The notes under the pieces are model-generated. The model did not search any database. It saw only the letters and a list, made by a program, of their open reading frames with translations, and was not told the DNA's origin. From positions 62,001 to 126,000 of IMG/VR virus record IMGVR_UViG_3300029922_000001: a DNA stretch of 64,000 nt; one strand, given 5' to 3'. The position numbers were made by a program, and so were the translations under genes. Numbering within the stretch: the first letter of the stretch is position 1; every line of letters begins with the position of its first letter. Below, in pieces: positions 18,233 through 27,869 of the stretch.

Positions 18233-21200
18233 ATGATACGCAAAGGAATATCAGGCGGTGTAATAGGTTTAAACAATTTAATTTGTTTGAACAAAAAAGA
18301 AGCAAACGCAATTAAGGCTAGAATCTTAACGGCATCTAGTTTGCGTGAAAGTGCCCGTATCGGTTTGCAACGTTTGTATGCAGACCCCGAAGATGCACTA
18401 AAGAAATATAAAGGAACCGAATTTGACATCGCCAACGAAATGCTTGAACGTCGTGGCATGAAATTACTATGGGTTAGATGTAGAGCTATTGACGCTAACG
18501 TAGTAAATGCTAATGGTGATTACTTCTCTACTAAAGAGTTATTGAAAGAAACCATACACAATGGCAAAAAAGTTCCAGCCTATAAAACATTTGAAGGCGT
18601 ACCAATTTATACCAATCATGAAAATGATGACATTGAAAAAGCAAAAGGTACTGTAGTTTATGCAGAGTGGGACGAAAAGGAAGAAGCGGTTTATTGTGTA
18701 TTTTACATAGACGAAGAAGCTTATCCCGAAATTGCTCATGCTATTCGTGGTGGAATTATGCACGACGTTAGTATGGGTTGTTTTATTCCAGGTACTAGAG
18801 TATTAACTAATTCAGGATATAAGAATATTGAAAATGTAAATATAAACGATTTACTTTTAGATAAAGATGGTAATTTTACCACTATAGTTAATAGACAAAT
18901 TAAAATTAAAAACGAAGATATTTTTGACATTAAATTTAATGGCGGCTTAACCATTAGTGCAACAAAAGAACATCCTCATTTTGTATTTAAAAAAGATGTA
19001 TGGAAATCTAGAAAAACTAGAAATAAACCAGGCAAAGGAAAAGAACGATGGTCTTATAAAGATATTGGAGAGCCAATTGAAATTACTTCTGAAAACTTAG
19101 AAGTTGGTGACGTGCTAGTAACACCTATTAATCAGGTTGAATTAAATCCTGATAATATAACTCCTGATTTCGCTAGATTATTAGGTTATTTTTTGGCTGA
19201 AGGAAATTTTCTTAAATACAATGATTCTATTAAAGAATTAGAGCTTACTTTTGGTCTTCACGAAAAATATACATTAGTTCAAGAATTTATTACACTTTTT
19301 TCAAAAGAATTTCCAAATTCTACAATTAGAGTATATGATCGTATACCTAACAATAATTGTGTTATTAGAGTATATGACACTGAAATAGCTAATTTATTTT
19401 ACAAATATTGCGGAGAATATTCTGATAGTAAAAAACTAGATTCATCATTAATGTTCCTTCCTAAAAATATTCAATTAGAATTAATCAAAGGGTATTTTAA
19501 TGGTGACGGTTGTATTCATCGTGCTAAAGATCGTGTTATTGGATTAAGCGCATCTTCTTGTTCTTTGGATTTAGTAGAACAAATCTCAATGATATTATTT
19601 AGAAATGGAATTTATCACAAGAAAAATGGAAGAATTAATGGGAAATATATTGAATATACCAAATCTAAAGAAGCATGGAAGCAGAAAGGTGATTTTAGGA
19701 AAACATATTATGAAATTTCTATTCCTCAAGCTTATTGTCCTCAATTGTTAAATGAAACTAGATTTGATTTTCAACCCAACTTACGACAAGATAATTTTCA
19801 TTATGGTAATTGGATAATTCATCCAATTAAAAACATAATCAAAAGACACTATGAAGGATTAGTATATAATTTTGAAACAGAAAGCCATACATATATGGTT
19901 GAGAATTTTGCTACTCATAATTGCGCGGTTCAATCTGGTAATTGTTCAATTTGTGGCAAAGAAGCAGTTAAGGAAGATGATTACTGTAGTCACATGAAGA
20001 ATTACAAGGGTAAGAAATTCCCTGGAACTGGCGAAATTGCTTACGAAAAGAATAAAGATATTAAGTTTATTGAAATCTCTATTGTTGCAGATGGTGCTTT
20101 TGATTCTTGTATGATTAAAGAAATTTACGAACAAGAAGAAATTGAAAATGCTGCTTCACAATTAAGACATAAGACTGCAAGTGTACAAGCAAACATTCTA
20201 TTAGCTGAAAACAATCTTCCAGAAGACATGCTTGAAAGAAGAAAGAGTGAAGAATTCTTACGTGCTATCAATAATTGTAATATTGAAATCTTTAGATTCG
20301 CTGAAAAATTAGGACACACAACTAGAATAGCTCAAGAAGCTGGAACATTAGTTGGTGGACAAATGGGTGGTGGACAAATAGGACAAAACGCTACAGTTAA
20401 TACACTAATGCAATTACTAGGTATTGATCCTACTACTGGATTAAATATCTTAGACATGTTGAACTTAGCTCTTAACTTCTTAGAAGTTGCAGTTATGGAA
20501 TTACTTTCTAAGAGTAGTTCAGTTAAGCTTGAGTACGTTAACAAGGTGACTAAAGCTATGACAGATTTACAAGATGTTATGGAAGACGTTATTAATGACG
20601 GTGTTGATGTTGCACAACAACCACAAGGTGTTCAATTACAAGGTGGTCCAGTTTCACAACAGCAACCAGTACCAGGACAGCAACCACAAGGACAACAACA
20701 ACAAACTCAAGTACCAGGTCAAGGACAACCAGGACAGGTACAACAGCAAGCAAATGTTATGCCAATGGCTTATCAACCAGCAGTTGGTCAGGTAACAGGT
20801 CCTATGTTTGGCGCTTTACCTGGTGTTACAGCTACATCAAGTAATAGAAAATTAGTATGGGCATCACATGATGACGATGATGTTCGTGAGGTTTTTGCCT
20901 CTAGCAATAGAGGTACCAGTGTAAAGAAAGTTAAATCTTTCGATGAAGCTTTAACTCACATTGGAGAAGTAGTTATCAAACTAGCAAGTGCAGTTGGTGT
21001 TGCTGACGATTCATCACTAAAAGCACTCAATTTTAAAATTAAAAAGAATCAAGAACAAAGCAAATCGACTCAACCCGGAGGAAACAATATGGAAAACAAC
21101 ATCTTCAACGAAATGGCGCAAAGACATCGTTTGCGCAACGCATCCAAACTCTCTATTGATGCAGTGTTTACAGACCACTCAAATAGATATAGTGTAGCCA

Positions 21201-23788
21201 TCTCAACAGATGGAACTGTCAAAGCGTCTGTAGACAACAAGCGTGTTGCTTGGGATTGTAGATTGAACGATACTCAAATCGAACGTCTTCAAAACAATGA
21301 CATTGCTCCTGTAGGTAACGAAATTCTAGATACATTTGTTGGTTTTGTTAAAACCGCAGAAACAGAAGGACGTAAAATTCTTGCATACGAAAAGCCAAAA
21401 ACTGTTACTAACATTTTCGAAGTTAGCTTAGAAGGTGAAAGAACTGGTACTGATGATGATGTTAGAGAAAACACTATCAAACCATTAAGAACCGGTGTTG
21501 AAGACGAAACTCAAGAAGTTAAACTTGAAAAGTATCGTACAGGCGTTAAAGAAGATGTTAGAGAAAATCTACTAGCAGATGAAGCTGGTTTATATGCACG
21601 TCGTAACGAAGAACGTGATATTGCAGAAGTTCTTTTGGAAGATGCTCGTGTTGGAGTTAATGAAGAAGTATTAGAAAATAAGCTTAATCATCACCGTGCC
21701 CAAGAAAGCAGTGTTGAAACACATGAAGCTGTTGCTAAAGTTCTAAGTGGTTTTGGTAATGCTGTACTAGCATCTAAGAATACTCCAGATGAAGTAGTTA
21801 CTGCCGCTATTGAATTAGCTAAGAAAGACAACTTCAATGAATTATTGGTAGTTGCTGCTGCTGGAACACAAACTAGAACAAAAGTTGCTTCTAGATATGC
21901 TTTCCACAACAAACCACTTCCTACACTATCTGCTTCTGCCGCTGTTCTTAATGAATTAGGTAAGGTAATCGTTAGTGGAGTTTCTGCTGTTGATGTTGCT
22001 CAAATTGTTAGAGAAGCAAGTGCAAATAAAGATCATGCTGTTAAAGCAGCATATATTGATGCTAAAGGTAAAATGGGAGAAGACTTCTCATTCGACGCTT
22101 ATTATTCTCAAAGAGAAGCAAGTAAAACAGACGCTATTCGTGTCGCGTTAGCTAGTTTATCAGGCGATGCAAATGATAACATTTCAGGTGTTGAACAAGT
22201 TAAAACAGCTTTGGCTGCTATGGCAAAAACAACTGTTGCTATCAAAGTTACACCAAAGGAAATTCTTACAGTATTAGCTAGTGTTGATGCTAAGCAATTA
22301 TCCAAGGACTTAACAGTTGCAAGAGATGCTAAAGAAGTTAAAGCAAGAAATGATTTACGTGAAAGAGTTGCCTTCTTTGAAGGTGCAAACATCCGTATCG
22401 CTAGTGAAGTAGACATCTACAATACTATCGTAGGTTACTTAGCTGACTATGCCAACAAAGATAAGTTCAATACATCTTCTATCGTAGAAGCTATTGGTAG
22501 AGTTGTAGACAAACCTCGTTATGCTGAGAAATATGTTTCTCGTTTAGCTTTCTCAAGTATTAGAGAAGCTGAAGCTACTATTACAGAAGACACAAACATC
22601 ACTCGTCGTCTTCAATGTACATTGGGTGAATTAGGATTAGACGCTAAAGATGAAAACTTTGACGACATGTTAAAGCAAAAAGTTGCTGAACTATTCGTTC
22701 AAAGAGGATATCCTATTGATCCAAACAACTTTAATCTAACTGATGTTATGATTACTGCTGAAGGTGCATGTACAGCAACTATTAGTACACGTTCAACAAA
22801 GACATTCAAAGTTGATCCTAGTGAATCTGGTGAAGATGAAAATGTAATCTCAGTAGATGGCGCTCCTACTCCTTTTGAACCAGAAGCACAACCTACAGAG
22901 GGTGAAGGCGTTCCTCTTGTTCCTACAGATATGTCTCTACCTCCGACAGATCCAAACGAACAACCAACTATCATGACTGCTGGTGCAATTGCTCTTAGAA
23001 AAGCTAAGAGAGAAAATCTATTAAGATTAGCTCAAATGCCAGGTGGCGGTGGTGGTGGAATGCCAGGTGCTGGCGGTGGAATGCCAGGTGGTGCTGGTGC
23101 TGCTGGTGCTGCTGGCGCACCTGATTTATCTGGTGCTGGTGACGGTCCTGGTGTTGGTGCATTAACCAATCCTCCTGATGGTGGATTAGATGATATGGGT
23201 GGAAGTGATCAAGCTACTGAAAACAAGGATTCTATGCCTACTCCTGGTAAGCAACTTCCTTGGGGTTCAATCTGTCCTGCCTGTGGTTCTGCTAGTGTTT
23301 CATTAGTAGACGGTAAAGGTAGCTGTGCTGATTGTAAAGCTGAAATCACATATGAATTCAAAGCAACAGTTATTCCTGGTAGCAAGAAGAATGAAGAAGC
23401 TCCTACAGATGAAATGTCTATGGACATTCCAGGCTTAGGAACCTTGCCAGGTGCTGAAGCTGGTGCAAATGGTGCAACCCCTCCTGCTGGTGGCGCACCA
23501 GGAATGGGCGGTGCTGCTCCTGCTGGTGGACAAGCTCTACTACAAGCACAAGCTTCTTGGTTAGCTGATAGTCGTACTTTTGTTAGAACAGCACAAGCTG
23601 ACTTTAACAAAGCTACAGAACAAGTTCTACCTCCTGGTTTCATCTGTCCTGGTTGTGCAAACAGAGAAGTTAATAAACTTGGATCTCAAACATTCTGTTA
23701 CGCTTGTAAGACAATAAGTAAGAGTCAAATTATAGCTTCCAGAATCCCTGGAAAGGTTATAGCTAGAGTCACTTGGGTTCTTAAATAA
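18233..23788 (+). CDS. Prohead (maturation) serine protease fused to a long scaffold-like region; intein-containing
   Basis: NANGDYF, IYTNH (putative catalytic His), DVSMG (putative catalytic Ser), CSICG..CSH, FIEISIVADGA fit HK97-type prohead proteases; AAGGGAG SD favours start 18233 over GTG 18179. Confidence 0.85.
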   Translation: MIRKGISGGVIGLNNLICLNKKEANAIKARILTASSLRESARIGLQRLYADPEDALKKYKGTEFDIANEMLERRGMKLLWVRCRAIDANVVNANGDYFSTKELLKETIHNGKKVPAYKTFEGVPIYTNHENDDIEKAKGTVVYAEWDEKEEAVYCVFYIDEEAYPEIAHAIRGGIMHDVSMGCFIPGTRVLTNSGYKNIENVNINDLLLDKDGNFTTIVNRQIKIKNEDIFDIKFNGGLTISATKEHPHFVFKKDVWKSRKTRNKPGKGKERWSYKDIGEPIEITSENLEVGDVLVTPINQVELNPDNITPDFARLLGYFLAEGNFLKYNDSIKELELTFGLHEKYTLVQEFITLFSKEFPNSTIRVYDRIPNNNCVIRVYDTEIANLFYKYCGEYSDSKKLDSSLMFLPKNIQLELIKGYFNGDGCIHRAKDRVIGLSASSCSLDLVEQISMILFRNGIYHKKNGRINGKYIEYTKSKEAWKQKGDFRKTYYEISIPQAYCPQLLNETRFDFQPNLRQDNFHYGNWIIHPIKNIIKRHYEGLVYNFETESHTYMVENFATHNCAVQSGNCSICGKEAVKEDDYCSHMKNYKGKKFPGTGEIAYEKNKDIKFIEISIVADGAFDSCMIKEIYEQEEIENAASQLRHKTASVQANILLAENNLPEDMLERRKSEEFLRAINNCNIEIFRFAEKLGHTTRIAQEAGTLVGGQMGGGQIGQNATVNTLMQLLGIDPTTGLNILDMLNLALNFLEVAVMELLSKSSSVKLEYVNKVTKAMTDLQDVMEDVINDGVDVAQQPQGVQLQGGPVSQQQPVPGQQPQGQQQQTQVPGQGQPGQVQQQANVMPMAYQPAVGQVTGPMFGALPGVTATSSNRKLVWASHDDDDVREVFASSNRGTSVKKVKSFDEALTHIGEVVIKLASAVGVADDSSLKALNFKIKKNQEQSKSTQPGGNNMENNIFNEMAQRHRLRNASKLSIDAVFTDHSNRYSVAISTDGTVKASVDNKRVAWDCRLNDTQIERLQNNDIAPVGNEILDTFVGFVKTAETEGRKILAYEKPKTVTNIFEVSLEGERTGTDDDVRENTIKPLRTGVEDETQEVKLEKYRTGVKEDVRENLLADEAGLYARRNEERDIAEVLLEDARVGVNEEVLENKLNHHRAQESSVETHEAVAKVLSGFGNAVLASKNTPDEVVTAAIELAKKDNFNELLVVAAAGTQTRTKVASRYAFHNKPLPTLSASAAVLNELGKVIVSGVSAVDVAQIVREASANKDHAVKAAYIDAKGKMGEDFSFDAYYSQREASKTDAIRVALASLSGDANDNISGVEQVKTALAAMAKTTVAIKVTPKEILTVLASVDAKQLSKDLTVARDAKEVKARNDLRERVAFFEGANIRIASEVDIYNTIVGYLADYANKDKFNTSSIVEAIGRVVDKPRYAEKYVSRLAFSSIREAEATITEDTNITRRLQCTLGELGLDAKDENFDDMLKQKVAELFVQRGYPIDPNNFNLTDVMITAEGACTATISTRSTKTFKVDPSESGEDENVISVDGAPTPFEPEAQPTEGEGVPLVPTDMSLPPTDPNEQPTIMTAGAIALRKAKRENLLRLAQMPGGGGGGMPGAGGGMPGGAGAAGAAGAPDLSGAGDGPGVGALTNPPDGGLDDMGGSDQATENKDSMPTPGKQLPWGSICPACGSASVSLVDGKGSCADCKAEITYEFKATVIPGSKKNEEAPTDEMSMDIPGLGTLPGAEAGANGATPPAGGAPGMGGAAPAGGQALLQAQASWLADSRTFVRTAQADFNKATEQVLPPGFICPGCANREVNKLGSQTFCYACKTISKSQIIASRIPGKVIARVTWVLK
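18779..19921 (+). mobile_element. Intein with LAGLIDADG homing endonuclease (381 aa)
   Basis: N-terminal CFIPGTRVLT, block B SATKEHP, LAGLIDADG motifs LLGYFLAEG and IKGYFNGDG, C-terminal VYNFETESHTY...THN followed by +1 Cys; visibly more AT-rich than its flanks. Confidence 0.95.
21440..21698 (+). repeat. About five degenerate ~16-aa repeats (R-T/V-G-x-[DE]..E..L) in the protease extension
   Basis: RTGTDDDVRENTIKPL / RTGVEDETQEVKLEKY / RTGVKEDVRENLL / RRNEERDIAEVLLEDA / RVGVNEEVLENKLNHH. Confidence 0.7.
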
Positions 23789-23794
23789 GCCCTA

Positions 23795-23836
23795 AATGAT
23801 GCCCACTATTTCGATAGTGGGCATCATTGTTTTATT
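23795..23836 (+). terminator. Rho-independent terminator after the protease gene
   Basis: Perfect 15-bp stem AATGATGCCCACTAT / ATAGTGGGCATCATT, TTCG loop, T-rich tail. Confidence 0.85.
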
Positions 23837-23888
23837 TTTCCCCAACAGTAAAAAAAACCGCGATATTTATTCCTTCGTTTTCAAATAA

Positions 23889-23914
23889 AAAGGATTTTTC
23901 CATTTTTTTTAGTA
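23889..23914 (+). promoter_or_regulatory. Putative promoter AAAGGATTT-N14-GTA
   Basis: Intergenic, between the terminator and the scaffold-decoration-capsid genes. Confidence 0.65.
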
Positions 23915-23971
23915 TGAGTAATATGTAAGCACTCAATTGAGTGCAAGACAGATCGCAGGAGCGAGTCAAAT

Positions 23972-25768
23972 ATGAAGAATAACAATGACAGAATAGCGAA
24001 AGCGATGAGGTTAGCCGAACTTGCCTTAGAAGATAAGCGTGATGTAAATCAATGCATTGATGAAATGCAAACATTCGCAGGTTTATCTCCTGAAGAAGCA
24101 AAGATCGTAACTTCTTCACTCAGAGCGGGACTTTACCCTCAAGAATTAAGAGCGGAAGGTTTCTCTGATGAAGAAATTCAACACCTTATCACTGCTAATG
24201 CTGACTTCGCAACAGACCCAACTCAAACGCCTCAACCATTCCAAAAGCCAGTTAAATCTGGAGTACCTGGAGTAGTTGAATACAAAGACGAAACTGATGA
24301 TACAGATGAAGATTCCGAACCAGCAATGCTAGGTGGAGAAGACGAAGATGAAGATGCAGTAGATGACACTGAAACAAACGAATTTCCAACAACAGACCCA
24401 AGCGAAGATACAGATGACGAATTTGATACAACCGGTAATGATGACACTGCTGAACTAACAGTAGAAGTGCCTAAAGAAAAATTACTTGCCCTTCAACAAG
24501 CTATTGCAGATGTTTTTGCCGAACAAGGTATGGATGACTTTGGTGATACCGAATCTCCATCTCCATTTGACGGTGACGACACTAGTGAATTTGCTAACGA
24601 AAGCGGTTCAGACGAACACTTGCATTCAGGTGACGACGATGAACTCGGTGACGATTATGACATAGAAATTATGGACGACGAACCAGTTCATGGCAAACCT
24701 GCATCACGTGGTTTCCCTAAAGAACCTGATTTCGGTAGTGAAGATGAAGTAGATGATGTTCGTGATTTTGACGATGATAAACATGTTTTATCAAAATTAG
24801 AGGTAGACAAAATGACTAAAGAAGTTTTAGCTAAAAGAAAAGCCGCTAGAGAGGCATTACTAGCACAAGCAAAGACAAAGAGCGTCAGAACAGCATCAGA
24901 TGGAGAGCAAGAAACAAAGGGCGTTGGCTTAGCTGCTGACCCTGCTTCTAATACATTTGATAAATCAAAGGCTGCTCAATTGCACACAGATGAATTTGAT
25001 TTTGAACGTGACAGCTTAGACAATAGTCAAGGCAGTGAACTCGTTAACGAAGCAAAGTGGAAACCTGCAAAACAAGAAATTCCTACTTTGAACAAGGGAC
25101 GTTTAGAACTCAACAAGGCATATACACCTTCTACTATGGAAGGTTCACCAGAAGATCGTTCTGATTACGTTATTGACTTTGATGTTTATGACATTCCAAG
25201 CCAAATGACTGATGCAGAACGTGGCAAATTACCCAAGATTCCTCAAACCGAAGGTGGCGCATTTGATTCTCATAGAGGTCAAGTATTAGCTACTGCTAAA
25301 GACGGTAAGAAAGAAAAGAAAGGCGACAAGGAAGCAGAAAATCTAAAGATTGAAGTTGAAGCGAAAGCTAAGAAAGCTTTAGATGAAGCATTTATTTCTG
25401 AAAGAGCAAGAATGAAGACTGCTTATTCATGTGCTTATAGATTAGTTGCAGCTAACCACATTAACGTGGATGAAGCTGATGGATTCGTAGACATGTGGCT
25501 AGACAATAACGCAACAGCTAAACAAATTAAGGTGCAAACCGGTGTTATGCTTCGTTCTTCTGGCGCTATCAACAATAACAGAATGGCATCATCTGATGCT
25601 CCTTCTACTAGAACAGCTTCAAAATCAACAGTACCAACCTTTGTGGGCTACGGTTCACTAAGCAATCCTGCTGTCGAAGATTTGAAACAGGCATTGAGCG
25701 GGGTTTGGTCCACTCCCAGCAAAGATGAATTTGAACAATGGACTAACAGAAATTTGGAGGATAAATAA
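23972..25768 (+). CDS. Acidic scaffold-like protein
   Basis: 598 aa, very D/E-rich first half, coiled-coil-like C-half, VRTAS/RMAS/RTAS motifs; lies between protease and capsid genes. Confidence 0.6.
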   Translation: MKNNNDRIAKAMRLAELALEDKRDVNQCIDEMQTFAGLSPEEAKIVTSSLRAGLYPQELRAEGFSDEEIQHLITANADFATDPTQTPQPFQKPVKSGVPGVVEYKDETDDTDEDSEPAMLGGEDEDEDAVDDTETNEFPTTDPSEDTDDEFDTTGNDDTAELTVEVPKEKLLALQQAIADVFAEQGMDDFGDTESPSPFDGDDTSEFANESGSDEHLHSGDDDELGDDYDIEIMDDEPVHGKPASRGFPKEPDFGSEDEVDDVRDFDDDKHVLSKLEVDKMTKEVLAKRKAAREALLAQAKTKSVRTASDGEQETKGVGLAADPASNTFDKSKAAQLHTDEFDFERDSLDNSQGSELVNEAKWKPAKQEIPTLNKGRLELNKAYTPSTMEGSPEDRSDYVIDFDVYDIPSQMTDAERGKLPKIPQTEGGAFDSHRGQVLATAKDGKKEKKGDKEAENLKIEVEAKAKKALDEAFISERARMKTAYSCAYRLVAANHINVDEADGFVDMWLDNNATAKQIKVQTGVMLRSSGAINNNRMASSDAPSTRTASKSTVPTFVGYGSLSNPAVEDLKQALSGVWSTPSKDEFEQWTNRNLEDK

Positions 25769-25770
25769 TT

Positions 25771-26451
25771 ATGGCAATGAAAGAACTATTCAGCATATTA
25801 ACTACAACTTATCCAGTTACAGCAGATGCTAACTGGAGACAAGGAGCAGTTATGCTTTTAGACGTTACAACAGGTAACGTATTAACAGCTAATCGTCTAG
25901 GTACTGCCGCTCAAAATGGATTATTCGTCGGTTTTTCCGCTGATAATACCGCTAAGGTAGCTACCGAAATTCAACCTTCTCCTGCTGGATCTAACTATAT
26001 TTCCGGTGGACAATTCTTAGCTAATAACAACGGTTATTTCGTAGCTTTGAAGAGAAACGTCATGTTAACAGTTGCTGGTGAAACAATCACTAACCCAACT
26101 AACTTTACAGACTTAACAGCCGCAGGTAACTCCGGTCCACGTAGAGGATGCTCTGTATTCTCTAATGGCGGTAAGTTTATTACTGACATGTTAGCTTGGG
26201 ACGGCAGCGGTAACGCAGTTCAAACCAACGGTACTAACGCCGACAACACTTCTGGAACCATGTATGCCATCGGTGATTTACTTACCTGGTCCGCTGGAAC
26301 CTACTCTGGAACAACCGGTTTATTGGTTAGAATTGCCTCCGGTGATATGGCTACTTCTCGTGCAGTAGCTCGTATTGAGAATTTACAACTCGGATCTATC
26401 AAGTCTAATACAGTTCAAAACTCAACATTAGCCTTCATATCTGCACTATAA
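25771..26451 (+). CDS. Head decoration / minor capsid protein
   Basis: 226 aa Gly/Thr/Asn-rich, directly upstream of the major capsid gene. Confidence 0.55.
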   Translation: MAMKELFSILTTTYPVTADANWRQGAVMLLDVTTGNVLTANRLGTAAQNGLFVGFSADNTAKVATEIQPSPAGSNYISGGQFLANNNGYFVALKRNVMLTVAGETITNPTNFTDLTAAGNSGPRRGCSVFSNGGKFITDMLAWDGSGNAVQTNGTNADNTSGTMYAIGDLLTWSAGTYSGTTGLLVRIASGDMATSRAVARIENLQLGSIKSNTVQNSTLAFISAL

Positions 26452-26464
26452 GGAGAAAACAAAA

Positions 26465-27334
26465 ATGTCATCAATGATTAGAAATAATAAAGCATATAAT
26501 GAACAAAGAGAAGCCATCATTGCAATGGCAGTGGAAACACCTGATGGTCGTTCCGCTCTTGCTGGAGCTATGGTAGACCCTATCAAGAACGCTCTTAACT
26601 ACCAAGGCGTTATCCGTAAATTAATTATGGTAGACGAACTACCTCAAGGTGCTTACCCTCGCTACGAAAGAGATATTACAGTCAAAAGCTGGATCATCGG
26701 TAATCGTGCTGGTGTACCTGTTAGCGTTATCGAAGGCGAAGACTTATTTATCCCTACAGTCGAATTAGCAGCATTGCCTACAATTCGTCTCCAAGAGGTG
26801 AAAAGCAGGAGATATTACATAGTAGATCGTGCCCAAGTTAAGGCTAAGGACTCTCTACAACGTCAAGAAGATACTCTAGGATTTGAAGTTATCAACGCTG
26901 CTGTTCCAACAGAACAGTCAATTACAGTAGTTGGACAATTGCAACCTGAGAACCTTAACCACGCTTTAACACTTATTGAAGAACATGAATTGGTCGGAGC
27001 AAAGATAGTCCTTCCTCCTTCACGTTACAAAGATATTAGAGGCTTTGGTAAGGAATTCTTTGATGAAGCAACTCAAAGAGATATCTTAATGACAGGACTT
27101 TATGGACACATTTACTCTGCGGACATCCACGTAAGTACTATGGTTCCTAAGAACTGTGTGTATATCATGGCTCCTGCCCAATTCGTTGGTGCAATGCCTA
27201 TTCGTCAAGACGTTACAGTTATCCCTGCTGACGATCCTCGCAAGCTTCGCTTGGGTTGGGTAGTCTACGAAGATATCGGTATTGGCGTCATCAACGACTA
27301 TTCTTTGGCTCGTATTCAAGTAACTGTTTCCTAA
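26465..27334 (+). CDS. Major capsid protein (HK97 fold)
   Basis: AGGAG SD, strong terminator downstream; ALAGAMVDPIKNALNYQGVIRKL, VDELPQG, VDRAQ..A...QRQED, GLYGHIYSADI, GWVVYE pattern of large-phage capsids. Confidence 0.85.
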   Translation: MSSMIRNNKAYNEQREAIIAMAVETPDGRSALAGAMVDPIKNALNYQGVIRKLIMVDELPQGAYPRYERDITVKSWIIGNRAGVPVSVIEGEDLFIPTVELAALPTIRLQEVKSRRYYIVDRAQVKAKDSLQRQEDTLGFEVINAAVPTEQSITVVGQLQPENLNHALTLIEEHELVGAKIVLPPSRYKDIRGFGKEFFDEATQRDILMTGLYGHIYSADIHVSTMVPKNCVYIMAPAQFVGAMPIRQDVTVIPADDPRKLRLGWVVYEDIGIGVINDYSLARIQVTVS

Positions 27335-27353
27335 GAAATGGTACTGGTTTGGA

Positions 27354-27390
27354 AAGAAAACCCTGGAGAAGTCCGGGGTTTTCTTGTTTA
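27354..27390 (+). terminator. Rho-independent terminator after the capsid gene
   Basis: AAGAAAACCCTGGA-GAAG-TCCGGGGTTTTCTT (14 bp with one G-U), T-rich tail. Confidence 0.8.
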
Positions 27391-27422
27391 TCATTATATG
27401 AAAAAATGATTTATAATTAGTC

Positions 27423-27869
27423 ATGAAGACTTACACCTATCATAGAGAACACGAAGTTGGATATCGTCGTGGTTTATCTAATCAGTTACTGTATATAGCC
27501 ATATCACAAGCAGTACTAAAAGGCTTTCAGACCACCAATAAAGAATGGAATGGATACACCTTAGATGATATGGATCGAAAAGATCGTTTTAATAAATTTG
27601 AAGAACTTTTTAATACGGCTTATCCTACACCTAAAATACAAAATGAAAACTACTACAATTCATTACCATTTTGTTTTCATTCTTTAGCCAATCATATTTT
27701 CTATACTGCTATAAGTTGGACTACAGAAGAATGGAATAATGAGACTTCCCCACACACCACTATTGATGGTAGTACTAAAATGTTAGAATTTTATGAAGAT
27801 ATCTACCAACTGTTTACTGGGTTATTAGATGAAGATGAAAAACCAGACTATTTAAAACCATTCATATAA
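27423..27869 (+). CDS. Hypothetical protein
   Basis: 148 aa; TATAAT 5 nt before ATG, no SD. Confidence 0.65.
   Translation: MKTYTYHREHEVGYRRGLSNQLLYIAISQAVLKGFQTTNKEWNGYTLDDMDRKDRFNKFEELFNTAYPTPKIQNENYYNSLPFCFHSLANHIFYTAISWTTEEWNNETSPHTTIDGSTKMLEFYEDIYQLFTGLLDEDEKPDYLKPFI

Noticed and set aside
134-24447. Short antisense or alternative-frame ORFs in the track (e.g. 134-436, 9670-10005, 11967-12155, 22108-22416, 23209-23643, 24232-24447)
   Set aside because: They shadow long coding genes; poly-Cys/Ser content just mirrors Gln/Asp/Glu repeats on the other strand.
26465-27334. Encapsulin or Linocin M18 call for the capsid gene
   Set aside because: Terminase, portal, protease and scaffold context indicate a phage major capsid protein.
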